A stretch of 63,770 nt of DNA, the filler included, from Armatimonadota bacterium (GTDB taxonomy: Bacteria > Armatimonadota > Fimbriimonadia > Fimbriimonadales > Fimbriimonadaceae): assembly GCA_031400935.1 (NCBI GenBank). It is 11 parts of 11 records of this genome, joined end to end, with 100 filler letters (N's around TTAATTAATTAA, not from the genome) between each part and the next. Parts side by side here need not be neighbours in the genome. Positions count along the whole stretch, not along the records: positions 10,945 to 26,401 come from JANNQV010000003.1; positions 26,502 to 29,138 come from JANNQV010000005.1; positions 29,239 to 33,303 come from JANNQV010000006.1; 8 more parts are not named here. One strand, written 5' to 3'. Of the stretch, positions 20,099 to 29,365 are shown piece by piece. Made by a program: the position numbers and the translations under genes. The notes under the pieces were generated by a model. The model was not told the DNA's origin and did no database searches. It saw only the letters and a list, made by a program, of their open reading frames with translations. Each line of letters starts with the position of its first letter. Position 1 is the first letter of the stretch.

Positions 20099-21030
20099 TA
20101 GTTTGAACCTCCTGCGCGTTCTAGACCAAGCCAAAGCCGTAAAGCCATGGCAAGTGCACCGACTCCAATTCCAAAGTCAATCGCCCTCAACCCTGGGGCT
20201 CTAAATGAACTTCCAATAAAGTCAGCAATTTCTTTCAATTTGAGGTTGTTCCAAAAGCTTGCTGGATCACCGCGGGTAATTAAATCAACCCCCATGTTCC
20301 AGTAGAGTGTAACGAGACCTAGTAGGCTCATCATGACCAGCAGAGCGGTCGCCAACAGAATCGTCGCTTCTACGGATCGAACTCGAAAAGCTCGATATGC
20401 GGCAGAGAGAATGTAGAAGGCGATAACGGAAAACATCGCCGCGTCCATGTTTTGAAGCAAACCATCAAATAAGAAATCCTGGGATTTCTTATAGAACGGC
20501 CATGCGTTTGGCTCCAATTTGCCTATTGCCTCTAGCTGAGCGGGATCCATGTTCAATTCGGTGAGCCATTTGTTGTAGCCCGCAATGATTATCAGCACCA
20601 TGGCACCAATCAAACAAACGCTGAAAACCCAATCCTTTTGCTGCTTGATGATTTTGGCAATGTGTATTCTTGCCAAGGAAAATACGCCCAGCAGCAAAAG
20701 CATAGCAACAAGAATGTTGCTTAAACCGCCAAACACGTTCACGGCATCAGAGAGCCAAAACGAAATCTCTTCGACCTTCCCACGTGGCACGTCGTCGGGA
20801 TTTCGGTCGTGCGGAGTTGGAACAAGCCAAAGCAGCACATAGAACAGTCCGCAGACAAAAGTAAATCCTGCGATTACATATTTGCGACCCTGCGCGGGCA
20901 TATAGAGTAACCCGATCAGGATTGCAAAACCGACAAGCATGGTCCCGGCAATCCACCCCCATATTGTGCCGTTAGGGCCATTGAAAAATGACGGTTCTGT
21001 CGCAGTCTGAGCTAAGAGGTTCCAACCCAT
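20098..21030 (-). CDS. uncharacterised multi-pass membrane protein
   Basis: AMFSVIAFYILSAAYRAFRVRS.EATILL motif, several TM segments. Confidence 0.75.
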   Translation of the reverse strand: MGWNLLAQTATEPSFFNGPNGTIWGWIAGTMLVGFAILIGLLYMPAQGRKYVIAGFTFVCGLFYVLLWLVPTPHDRNPDDVPRGKVEEISFWLSDAVNVFGGLSNILVAMLLLLGVFSLARIHIAKIIKQQKDWVFSVCLIGAMVLIIIAGYNKWLTELNMDPAQLEAIGKLEPNAWPFYKKSQDFLFDGLLQNMDAAMFSVIAFYILSAAYRAFRVRSVEATILLATALLVMMSLLGLVTLYWNMGVDLITRGDPASFWNNLKLKEIADFIGSSFRAPGLRAIDFGIGVGALAMALRLWLGLERAGGSN

Positions 21031-21962
21031 TATTGTCCTCCTGATGGTGCCACTGGTGTTACGACAGGCGGTCGTTTCTCACGAGGCGTAGCTAACGGAA
21101 GTGCCTGGTAAGGGTTGAAAATATGGTACATCGTAGTTTCCTTTGGCTGAGTTAACCGAGTTGCATCCAACTTTACAACTTCTCCTGCTTTTTCAAAATC
21201 ATAAGTATCCTCGGTTAGTTTTGTTCTCTCAAAACTAGTTAGCAAGATTCCTAAAGCAAGAGTCGCCATAATCAGCATCTTGCCCCAATCCTGGCCGAGC
21301 AAACTACCAACTAAAACAGGCTGCCTTGTCAAGTAAGCGGATGCGGCATAAAACTCGTCGCCGATCAAAACATAGTCGCAAGCCGCGATGAAAAACGGCG
21401 TTTGCGTGTTTTCAGTTGAGCTAGCAACCTGAATGGCTCCCACAGAATTCGCCGTTTCAGCAAAAATCATTGATTCTGCGTAAAATTCGCCTAAAAAGAA
21501 TGTCGCTGCAGTTTGTTCTCGAAGAATCGTTCCCGAAACTGCAGCCGCAAATGCAAATTGCCTGTCTGAAAGAAAACGAACAGAATCTGTGTCGTACTTT
21601 TCAGGACAACCCTCTTGGACATAAACGTCCCTGATAATTTCTTGGGCAACCGCGTATACGGGAGGCTGAGAGCAACATACTCGAATCGGAGTTGCAAATC
21701 GGGCTGCTGTCCTTGTTATGTAAGCAAAAATGTTAAGAGCCTGAACAGAAATGGCATTGAGGTCCCCCAACCCCGGCACCATAAGAACAGGACGTCCCAT
21801 CTCCGTCGAACGGCCTATGGCTTCGTCAATGGCATTTAAGCCGGCTATTCGACGAATAAAGACCTCTGAGTTCTTTTTCGCCCGCGAAATGTTAAACAAA
21901 ACAAACGCGACGATAAGAAGTACAAAGACCGTACTTATCCATCCAGTGTCGTAGTACTGCAT
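21030..21962 (-). CDS. DUF6754 domain-containing membrane protein
   Basis: IRRIAGLNAIDEAIGRSTEMGRP and PFFIAACDYVLIGDEFYAASAYL motifs, recognised from memory of the family. Confidence 0.75.
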   Translation of the reverse strand: MQYYDTGWISTVFVLLIVAFVLFNISRAKKNSEVFIRRIAGLNAIDEAIGRSTEMGRPVLMVPGLGDLNAISVQALNIFAYITRTAARFATPIRVCCSQPPVYAVAQEIIRDVYVQEGCPEKYDTDSVRFLSDRQFAFAAAVSGTILREQTAATFFLGEFYAESMIFAETANSVGAIQVASSTENTQTPFFIAACDYVLIGDEFYAASAYLTRQPVLVGSLLGQDWGKMLIMATLALGILLTSFERTKLTEDTYDFEKAGEVVKLDATRLTQPKETTMYHIFNPYQALPLATPREKRPPVVTPVAPSGGQ

Positions 21963-22270
21963 GATTCCTCCGAAGCTCCGCTAGGCGGAGTAATTTTTGC
22001 TTGCTCCAGGCGTACAAGCAACTTTTCTACATTTTCTGGCTTGCTTGCAAGGCGACTGTAATCGTTCATAAATTCAAATCCAACAAAAGGGACGATCAAA
22101 GGCGACAAAGCGACGAACATTTGTGAAGAAACATAACTCAGCGGTTTATGCATTTCCAACGCCAATATCGCAGGCATCTCCATCTTTCGTTTTTTGATTT
22201 CGGCAACTGCCCTATCCAAAAGCGATTCGGTTTCTTCCTCGGTTAACTCTTTTCGCCAAAGATCAAACAT
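21935..22270 (-). CDS. conserved hypothetical protein
   Basis: KRKMEMPAILALEMHKPL motif; overlaps both neighbours in the operon. Confidence 0.7.
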   Translation of the reverse strand: MFDLWRKELTEEETESLLDRAVAEIKKRKMEMPAILALEMHKPLSYVSSQMFVALSPLIVPFVGFEFMNDYSRLASKPENVEKLLVRLEQAKITPPSGASEESCSTTTLDG

Positions 22271-22713
22271 TCTTTTCCTATCTTATTTTCCACAAAGTCC
22301 AAAATTTCCTGCCTTGAACTCCCAAATCGAAAGATAACTCCTCGAAATTCTCCAAGTCTTGTATCCGTATCGAGTGGCGACAATTTAACCCAGTTCTCTT
22401 TAACTAATGCTCGCTTAACTTCCGGCCATTCTATTGCAGAGACGCTGATTCCGCACCGTGCGGAGCCACCTTTTTCATCCAATACGTAAGAAATGGGTAG
22501 CCAGAATTCCGTAGTGGCACCAAGAATTGCAAAAATTGCAATCAATGGGAAGATTACAGACTGAAACATCAGCCACCCAACACTAGCGGCAATGAAAGCA
22601 GTTCCAAGGACGGCGTACCTCTTTTCTGGAGCATTTTCATAGAGCCTAATTGACCATCGAAGCTTTGGCAAGTCAGTTTCGGAGAGTTCAGGTTTTGCTT
22701 GTGATTCCGTCAT
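22243..22713 (-). CDS. hypothetical 2-TM protein with PH-like C-terminus
   Basis: ATGA overlap with the prs stop; two TM segments followed by a beta-rich domain. Confidence 0.65.
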   Translation of the reverse strand: MTESQAKPELSETDLPKLRWSIRLYENAPEKRYAVLGTAFIAASVGWLMFQSVIFPLIAIFAILGATTEFWLPISYVLDEKGGSARCGISVSAIEWPEVKRALVKENWVKLSPLDTDTRLGEFRGVIFRFGSSRQEILDFVENKIGKECLIFGEKS

Positions 22714-23726
22714 CGCCAAGTACTAAACAAAGTGCTAACCGACTCGTTAAGATGAATTCTTTTGATCGCTTCGCCAATCAACGGAGCGACATCGAGAACG
22801 AGCAATTTCGGCACACGTTTTTCTGAAGGAACGGGAATGGTATCAAAAGTAATGATTTTTGAAATGACGCTGTCCTGTAGCCGTTGCGCGGCATTTCCGC
22901 TAAATACTGGATGACTGCAACTCACGACAACCTCTGATGCACCTCGTTTTAGCAGCGCTTCGGCACCCTGAATGATTGATCCCCCAGTATCAATCATGTC
23001 GTCAATCATTACGCATTTCCGCCCCTCGACATCACCAATGATCTCAACAATATCAACCTTGTTAGGCTCTGGACGCCTCTTGGCGATGATAGCAATTGGA
23101 GCATGGAGCATTTCTGCCAAAGCTCGAGCTCTTCCCACACCACCGACATCGGGCGAAACGACAACGATATCCTGGTCTTGATACCCTTCTTCAAGCATGT
23201 ACCTCCCAATGATCGGCCCAGCATACAAGTGATCCACGGGGATGCTGAAAAACCCTTGAATCTGTTCGGCATGAAGGTCTATTCCTACAACTCGCTGGGC
23301 ACCAGCTACTTGAATGAGATCAGCAATCAATCGCGCAGTAATGGGTTCGCGCGGTTTGGTCTTTTTGTCTTGCCTTGCATATCCAAAATAAGGCATTACA
23401 ACCGTTATTCGCCTCGCAGATGCCCGCCGAAACGCATCGAGCATGATGAGAAGTTCCATCAGCGTATCGTTTGCAGGAGCGCAAGTTGGTTGAATAATGA
23501 AAATATCGTTGCCTCGTGCAGATTCATCCACCATGATGCGAATTTCGCCGTCGCTAAACCGGGTGCTAGTCATCGCGCCGAGGTCAATACTCAAATACTT
23601 TGCTACTCGGGTTGCCAAATCATGGTTTGCGTTGCCTGCAAACAGCTTCATGCCCACCGCCCATGAGCCGTCGCCGTTTGTACCATCTAGTCTGATTTCA
23701 TTCGCTTCCGCCAATTTTGTGCCCAT
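22710..23726 (-). CDS. prs: ribose-phosphate pyrophosphokinase (start may be as late as 23651)
   Basis: FSDGEI, PYFGYARQDKK, DLHAEQIQGFF, SPDVGG and DDMIDTGGS motifs. Confidence 0.97.
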   Translation of the reverse strand: MGTKLAEANEIRLDGTNGDGSWAVGMKLFAGNANHDLATRVAKYLSIDLGAMTSTRFSDGEIRIMVDESARGNDIFIIQPTCAPANDTLMELLIMLDAFRRASARRITVVMPYFGYARQDKKTKPREPITARLIADLIQVAGAQRVVGIDLHAEQIQGFFSIPVDHLYAGPIIGRYMLEEGYQDQDIVVVSPDVGGVGRARALAEMLHAPIAIIAKRRPEPNKVDIVEIIGDVEGRKCVMIDDMIDTGGSIIQGAEALLKRGASEVVVSCSHPVFSGNAAQRLQDSVISKIITFDTIPVPSEKRVPKLLVLDVAPLIGEAIKRIHLNESVSTLFSTWR

Positions 23727-25072
23727 CCTTCCTTGTTTTCCTGCCTTGCCCGTCCGACGCCAAGCGCCTCGTTGGGAACATCATGTGTGATTACGCTGCC
23801 AGCCGCGATGAACGCATTTTCCCCTATCGTTACGGGAGCAACGATCGTGCTGTTCGAGCCGACAAAACTATTTGCACCGATGACCGTTTGGTGTTTGTTG
23901 TAGCCATCGTAATTGCAGGTTATGGTTCCGGCGCCGATATTTGCGCCGGTACCTATGGTTGCGTCCCCAATGTAGGACAGGTGGGAAGCTGAAACAGCCT
24001 CGTCAAGTTGCGCCTTCTTAATTTCGACGAAATTGCCGATTTTGCAATTGTCGCCAATCATCGAGCCAGGACGGATATGGGCAAACGGCCCGATCTTAAC
24101 GCCTGAACCAATAGTCGAACCATTGACTCGGCTCATATTTACAGAAGTTCTATTTCCGATTTCGGATCGTTCGATCAAGGCATGAGGGCCGATTTCACAG
24201 CCTTCGCCAATGTTGGTGCCAGCACGAATGACGGTCATGGGATGGATGAGCGTATCTTTTCCAATTTCAACATCAAAGTCAATATAAGTGGTTTGCGGAT
24301 CCAAAATGGTCACTCCGCTTTCGCAAACTTCTCTGATAATCCGATTACGAAGCATCGTGCTTGCTTCGGCCAGCTGCCAGCGATCGTTGACACCTTGTAC
24401 GATGCCAGCTTCGTGGAAAACTCTCGTTTCTACAATGCCGCCGCCGTCATGGATGATATGAACGCAGTCGGTCAAGTACATTTCGCCTTGTGCGTTGTCA
24501 CGCAAAAGCCTTGGCAATGTAGCAAAAAGAGTCTGCGCATTGAAGCAATAAACGCCTGTATTCACTTCGCCGATTCCCTTTTGGCGAATGTGAGCGTCCT
24601 TCTCCTCGACAATTTTTAGCGCTCTGCCATGGGCATCGCGAATGATTCGCCCATAGCCAGTTGGGTCGGCGGGGCGACAAGTTCCTATCGTGCATTGCGC
24701 GCTTCGAGCCTGATGATGGTGAACTAACTGCTGCAAGCTTTCATCGTCTAACAAGGGAATGTCGGCCGGCGCAACCACGACCGATCCAGGGAAATTTGAA
24801 AGCCGATCGTCTGCCATGAAAACTGCATGGCCGGTGCCAAGTTGGTCTTTTTGCCAAACGTAATCATAGGAATCGCCAAGCCGTTCCTTAATTTTTTCGC
24901 CTTCGTGTCCAATCACGATTATTGGGCGGTCAATCCCAATGGACTTCATGGCGCGACCAACAAGCTCAACCATAGGCATGCCGCAAACCTCGAAAAGGCC
25001 TTTCGGCATATCCGATTTCATTCGCGTGCCCTTCCCCGCGGCTAAGATGATTCCGGCTAAATCTGAACTCAT
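23687..25072 (-). CDS. glmU: bifunctional GlmU
   Basis: LAAGKGTRMKS, QLGTGHAV, hexapeptide repeats, GAGTITCNYDG. Confidence 0.97.
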   Translation of the reverse strand: MSSDLAGIILAAGKGTRMKSDMPKGLFEVCGMPMVELVGRAMKSIGIDRPIIVIGHEGEKIKERLGDSYDYVWQKDQLGTGHAVFMADDRLSNFPGSVVVAPADIPLLDDESLQQLVHHHQARSAQCTIGTCRPADPTGYGRIIRDAHGRALKIVEEKDAHIRQKGIGEVNTGVYCFNAQTLFATLPRLLRDNAQGEMYLTDCVHIIHDGGGIVETRVFHEAGIVQGVNDRWQLAEASTMLRNRIIREVCESGVTILDPQTTYIDFDVEIGKDTLIHPMTVIRAGTNIGEGCEIGPHALIERSEIGNRTSVNMSRVNGSTIGSGVKIGPFAHIRPGSMIGDNCKIGNFVEIKKAQLDEAVSASHLSYIGDATIGTGANIGAGTITCNYDGYNKHQTVIGANSFVGSNSTIVAPVTIGENAFIAAGSVITHDVPNEALGVGRARQENKEGWAQNWRKRMKSD

Positions 25073-25227
25073 TGGCGTTTCTTAACTTGCGCTACCATTG
25101 TGCTACTTTTGGGCGGGTTCTGGCAAGGTGGTCGGGGATATTGTTCGGGTTTGTTCGGGTTGGCTCATTACGAACTCCTAATTCCGAATCACGAATAGCT
25201 GTCCATCCCCTCAGGTAAAACCGAGGC

Positions 25228-25848
25228 ATGTCGCTAACGGTTCTCAATCATCCGCTTGCCGAGCATTTGATGGCAGGTTTGCGGAACAAAGACACTGCAC
25301 CCGAGCATTTTCGGCATTGCGCGCGAAGAATCACGACTTTGCTGGCTATTGAAGCTACTCGAGAAATGAAAGTTTCGAAATGCTCAGTTGAAACTCCTCT
25401 TGAAACCATGCAGGGCAAGGATTTTGCCCAGGGGCTATCTGTTGTTCCTGTTCTCAGGGCTGGACTTGCCATGCTCGAACCTATTGTCGAACTTTTTCCT
25501 GACGTTTCTGTGGGCTATATCGGGCTTGAGAGGAATCATGCGACGGCAGTAGCTCATTCGTATTACGTGAAATTGCCCAAACTTGCGGGACGATACACGC
25601 TTTGCGTTGATCCAATGCTTGCAACTGGCGGCTCCGCTTCTCAGGCAATTTCAATGCTGAAAGCCGGAAATCCAGCGGCGATAGTCATGGTTTCAGTAGT
25701 CGCTGCACCGGATGGAGTGGCTCGGCTCGAACACGATCATCCAGACGTTCCGATAATCATCGCAGCGCTAGATCGCGGATTAAATGATAAGAAGTACATC
25801 TTGCCAGGCTTGGGGGATTTCGGGGATCGGTTGTATGGAACGATTTGA
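25228..25848 (+). CDS. upp: uracil phosphoribosyltransferase
   Basis: VPVLRAG, DPMLATGGS and YILPGLGDFGDRLYGT motifs. Confidence 0.97.
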   Translation: MSLTVLNHPLAEHLMAGLRNKDTAPEHFRHCARRITTLLAIEATREMKVSKCSVETPLETMQGKDFAQGLSVVPVLRAGLAMLEPIVELFPDVSVGYIGLERNHATAVAHSYYVKLPKLAGRYTLCVDPMLATGGSASQAISMLKAGNPAAIVMVSVVAAPDGVARLEHDHPDVPIIIAALDRGLNDKKYILPGLGDFGDRLYGTI

Positions 25849-25936
25849 TTCCCTCGGCAGTGCTCGGAGCACTCCCCGACAGCAAGCGAAGGTATCCTAT
25901 GCCAGCATTGGCAACTTCGCCAATTCTCTCTAAACC

Positions 25937-26401
25937 ATGCGAATTCTCATTCCAATTAAGCGTGTAGTAGACCCCTACGCAAAAGTCAAACCACTTCCCG
26001 ACGGCTCCGGAATTGACACTTCTGCCACCAAATTTGAAATCAACCCATTTGACGAGATCGCAATGGAAGAAGCGGTTAGGATTAGAGAAAAATTCCCTGA
26101 TACAGAATTGATCGCCGTCTCGATTGGAGGTGCCGAATGTGAAGATCAGCTTCGGAAAGCCCTTGCAATCGGAGCGGATTGGGCATTGCTGATTGAAACC
26201 AATGATCTGCTTGATTCTGCCGTTGTCGCAGATGAATTTGCGGCGTTAGCCAAAGAACTGAGCCCGGACATCATTCTGATGGGCAAGCAAGCCACGGACG
26301 GAGATAACAATCAAGCCGGACAAATGCTTGCTGCGAAACTCACTTGGCCACAAGCAACATTTGCTTGCAAAATCGTCGTCGGCGAGAAATCTGTGGCTGT
26401 A
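25937..26401 (+). CDS. etfB: electron transfer flavoprotein beta subunit (3' truncated)
   Basis: KRVVD, NPFDEIAMEEA, ALAIGAD and GKQATDGD motifs. Confidence 0.93.
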
Positions 26402-26501
26402 NNNNNNNNNNNNNNNNNNNNNNNNNNNNNNNNNNNNNNNNNNNNTTAATTAATTAANNNNNNNNNNNNNNNNNNNNNNNNNNNNNNNNNNNNNNNNNNN
26501 N

Positions 26502-26664
26502 CTCCCATCGGATCAACAGGGATCGGGAAGCCTGGGATAATCGCGGCAATCAGTTGGAACAAATCTTCAAGCATCTGCCTGATCTTGTTCCTTCGCTCGA
26601 TCAAATCAATAATCTGGTTAATCTGCTCGATGATGTCTTTTACTTTCTGGCAATCTGTGTTCAT
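26502..26664 (-). CDS. hypothetical phage protein (3' truncated)
   Basis: ATGA overlap with the upstream ORF. Confidence 0.45.
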
Positions 26665-26831
26665 TTCATTCCTTCGACCGCGTTGGTCAGGTTCTCTAAA
26701 CTTCTTGATAGTTGCTGTAAATCTTTGTCAGGCTTCGCAGCTTCGTTCCATGCGGCTATCGCAATGGCAATTGCGGCAAATGCGACTACTAGCGTGAACA
26801 CCTGGACGCCCGCGCTACCTCGGCGGTTCAA
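26661..26831 (-). CDS. small single-TM protein with coiled-coil tail
   Basis: Manual translation MNRRGSAGVQVFTLVVAFAAIAIAIAAWNEAAKPDKDLQQLSRSLENLTNAVEGMK* (TTG start); its 5' part is identical in contig 9. Confidence 0.5.
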   Translation of the reverse strand: MNRRGSAGVQVFTLVVAFAAIAIAIAAWNEAAKPDKDLQQLSRSLENLTNAVEGMK

Positions 26832-27042
26832 TCTCTACTCCCACCTTGTTAGCAATCTTGCTCACATAGTAATCAATCTTGTGAACAGTCCGTTCTAGGT
26901 CATCGTTGCGCCTGAGACGGAGTTCTACGGTGGTAGCCCAGCCGCCAATCGAAAACCCGCCGACAGTCATCGCCCATACCAGCCCGACAACTAACTTTAG
27001 CTTCCTTTCCAGATAATCTTCGTGATCTATTGCAACGCTCAT
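26815..27042 (-). CDS. small single-TM holin-like protein
   Basis: One TM segment; directly follows the peptidase. The copy at 53325-53546 differs only at silent sites over the shared region. Confidence 0.6.
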   Translation of the reverse strand: MSVAIDHEDYLERKLKLVVGLVWAMTVGGFSIGGWATTVELRLRRNDDLERTVHKIDYYVSKIANKVGVEIEPPR

Positions 27043-27494
27043 ACAACCTCAAATGCATTCACAGATTTCCGTTTGTTCCACGGCAAACTTCCAACGCCAT
27101 GCCCGCCGTAGGACTCCATAGTCATTCCCATGTAAATCAGGAATACGTGCCTGCCTCGTGCCCGGCCATCCCTGGCATTGAGCATCCGTTGCAGCTTGTT
27201 CGGAACGATGAACGCAATGAAAAGCCTGTTTGTGTCCATCGCCGCGTACTTCACATCCTCGTACTTTTTGAGTTGCCTGAAATGCTTGCGGCAATACTCC
27301 AATTGGTTCATTGACCCGTCGGGGAGCATGATGTCAGCGCACCGCCTGAGCCAGTAGAGACTAGCACCAGAACAATCGATCGCTTTGATTACTTTCGGTT
27401 CCCACTTGGCAGGAGCCTTCGCACCGAGCAAATACTTGGTTTCGCCGTCCATCGCGTCGAAGTCTTTCGTTAGCTGCTTAAAATCAATCGCCAT
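27039..27494 (-). CDS. NlpC/P60-like cysteine peptidase, putative endolysin
   Basis: Y.LGAK, IDCSG and HV motifs; no signal peptide. Confidence 0.65.
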   Translation of the reverse strand: MAIDFKQLTKDFDAMDGETKYLLGAKAPAKWEPKVIKAIDCSGASLYWLRRCADIMLPDGSMNQLEYCRKHFRQLKKYEDVKYAAMDTNRLFIAFIVPNKLQRMLNARDGRARGRHVFLIYMGMTMESYGGHGVGSLPWNKRKSVNAFEVV

Positions 27495-27495
27495 G

Positions 27496-27828
27496 TCATT
27501 TCACAAAATGGACTTTCAAACTGCCTGGAGCGTCCATGAGAACCAGGCTGTTTATCGCTAGCTTGGACTTGGCAATCTCTCTGGCATGGTCGAACGGCAA
27601 CTCCAAAAGCTCGTAAATCGGTGGCAGGTTTGCATGAACTGCGTAACGCCAGCACATGATCCCCTTGAACCCGTTATCCTCGTTCTTGCCGCACTTGTAG
27701 ACATTGCCTGTGCCAATCAATCGGGCAACGATAACTCGCTTCGGCCAGCCGCGAAAATGCGATTCGAGCAAATCTTCAGCTTGTTTCTTTGGGCTGTATT
27801 TTGATTTGTCGAAGAAGCTCATGGTCAT
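27496..27828 (-). CDS. hypothetical phage protein
   Basis: 110-aa ORF tightly packed in the operon. Confidence 0.5.
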   Translation of the reverse strand: MTMSFFDKSKYSPKKQAEDLLESHFRGWPKRVIVARLIGTGNVYKCGKNEDNGFKGIMCWRYAVHANLPPIYELLELPFDHAREIAKSKLAINSLVLMDAPGSLKVHFVK

Positions 27829-27829
27829 C

Positions 27830-28423
27830 TCACGCGGCTAGCCGTTCGTCCATCTCGACGATTGCCGCAAGCTCCTCTATTGCTCTGTAGTAAATCTGAT
27901 AAATCCTCGACTCGCACAATGACAACTTCTTGCCAATTTCTGCGTTTGACAGGTTATCCAGCTTCATTAGGATCACCTGTCGCCATCTCTCTGGAAGGGT
28001 TGCTATCGCCGCACTTACTCTCGCAATGTTTGCGTCGTCTTCGAGCCTTTGCAAAATGTCGTCGTCCGTTTCGTAACCGCTCATCTGGTACCAATCAGAT
28101 TCAATTCCCTCTTTCAATTCGAATGAGAACATTTCAAGCCGTGGACGAACCTTTGCCCGGTAGCTAGTCCTGGTCTCTCCAAGTTGAAACTTTATCCTGC
28201 GAACGAGGTCAAGACACGCACCGTTCATACAAGAAAATGCGAATGTACTCCACTTTGCTTTTGCCGGATCGTAATCCTTGTACGCCCTTGCTAGCCCAAT
28301 GTGACACGCGCTTACCAAGTCCCCGTACTCAATCGGGAGATGCTTGGTTGCGCTCTTGTACTTGTTTGCCACATGGCGAACCGCGCCCGCCATGCTTTCG
28401 AAGCTTTCAGTTTGGGGTTGCAT
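27830..28423 (-). CDS. sigma-70 family RNA polymerase sigma factor (regions 2 and 4)
   Basis: DLVSACHIGL.RA..YDP...KWSTFA (region 2); LPERWRQVI..LSNAEIG..L.LCESRIYQI (region 4 HTH). Confidence 0.85.
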   Translation of the reverse strand: MQPQTESFESMAGAVRHVANKYKSATKHLPIEYGDLVSACHIGLARAYKDYDPAKAKWSTFAFSCMNGACLDLVRRIKFQLGETRTSYRAKVRPRLEMFSFELKEGIESDWYQMSGYETDDDILQRLEDDANIARVSAAIATLPERWRQVILMKLDNLSNAEIGKKLSLCESRIYQIYYRAIEELAAIVEMDERLAA

Positions 28424-28671
28424 GGTGATTCAAAAGATGACCCCGCCGAGGGAACGGACGGGGCCAATGGAAGGAGAGTCTTGGATTTTCTTGCGTTTGG
28501 ATTTGCTGGGGTCTAGCCAACAAAAAACGGAGCCCACAACCCTTTCGGGCATAGTTTCTCCGTCTGAAAATAGTATACGCAGAATTAGCATCAAAAGTTG
28601 CTCAACTTTCACAAAAAAATGAAACTTAGGTTCAAATGACAATATTTTTTGCGATGAATTTTGCGATGGAA

Positions 28672-29094
28672 TCATGTGTTTTCACTTGCTCCCCACCTAA
28701 CTTGATTCCCCTTCTTCCCAGCCTCAGAACGTTTCGCAGAAAGCTCGTGCCGGTTGTAATTCCTCACCAGAGCCTTCAATTTCCCAACCTCCCAGCCTTT
28801 GAGTTCCATGCTTGCCTTGTCAACCCTTTCCGGCGATTCGTCTTCCCAAAACCAGCCGTCGCGGAAGTACCTGATGGCGATCTTGATAGCCTGGTTTCCA
28901 TGATCCCAACGCTGGGCATTCAGGTAGACCTCGACAGCCGCATGGGTCAAGAGACAGCCGCGATCTGGCTTGCCAATCCGGGCAGCCATTTTTTGCAATT
29001 GCGTGTCCTGGTGAAGCTCTGCATCGGCTCCAAACTTCATGGCGCGAATGCGCTCGACTTCACCCCAGACATACAGGTCCTCATGCCAAGTCAT
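28672..29094 (-). CDS. hypothetical phage protein
   Basis: 140-aa ORF with a GGAG RBS; ends RSEAGKKG. Confidence 0.5.
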   Translation of the reverse strand: MTWHEDLYVWGEVERIRAMKFGADAELHQDTQLQKMAARIGKPDRGCLLTHAAVEVYLNAQRWDHGNQAIKIAIRYFRDGWFWEDESPERVDKASMELKGWEVGKLKALVRNYNRHELSAKRSEAGKKGNQVRWGASENT

Positions 29095-29238
29095 GCCAAT
29101 ATCTCCTCCGCGATTGCTTTCAAAATGGGATAAATTTGNNNNNNNNNNNNNNNNNNNNNNNNNNNNNNNNNNNNNNNNNNNNTTAATTAATTAANNNNNN
29201 NNNNNNNNNNNNNNNNNNNNNNNNNNNNNNNNNNNNNN

Positions 29239-29309
29239 GGGAGTGCGCGGGCTTGACCGCGCCTTTTCAATTTTGTGATTCAAAAGCGCGGTCAAGCCCG
29301 CGCACTCCC
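29239..29309. repeat. REP-like perfect 24-bp inverted repeat
   Basis: GGGAGTGCGCGGGCTTGACCGCGC (29239-29262) and its exact reverse complement (29286-29309), at a contig edge. Confidence 0.85.
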
Positions 29310-29365
29310 AAAAAGGTGAACCTATTCTTTCACCATTTTCAACCGAAAACTTAAAGTAGAAAGTC

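Larger units (their letters stand above)
26502..29138 (-). mobile_element. prophage fragment A (sigma factor plus putative lysis genes)
   Basis: Dense co-oriented small unknown ORFs; shares genes with the phage-like contig 53268-58372. Confidence 0.65.

Noticed and set aside
26758..27033. Duplication with 53268-53543 as a mis-assembly or a DGR template/variable repeat pair
   Set aside because: The differences are silent and not adenine-specific, the flanking genes differ, and no reverse transcriptase is seen. Two related prophages explain it.
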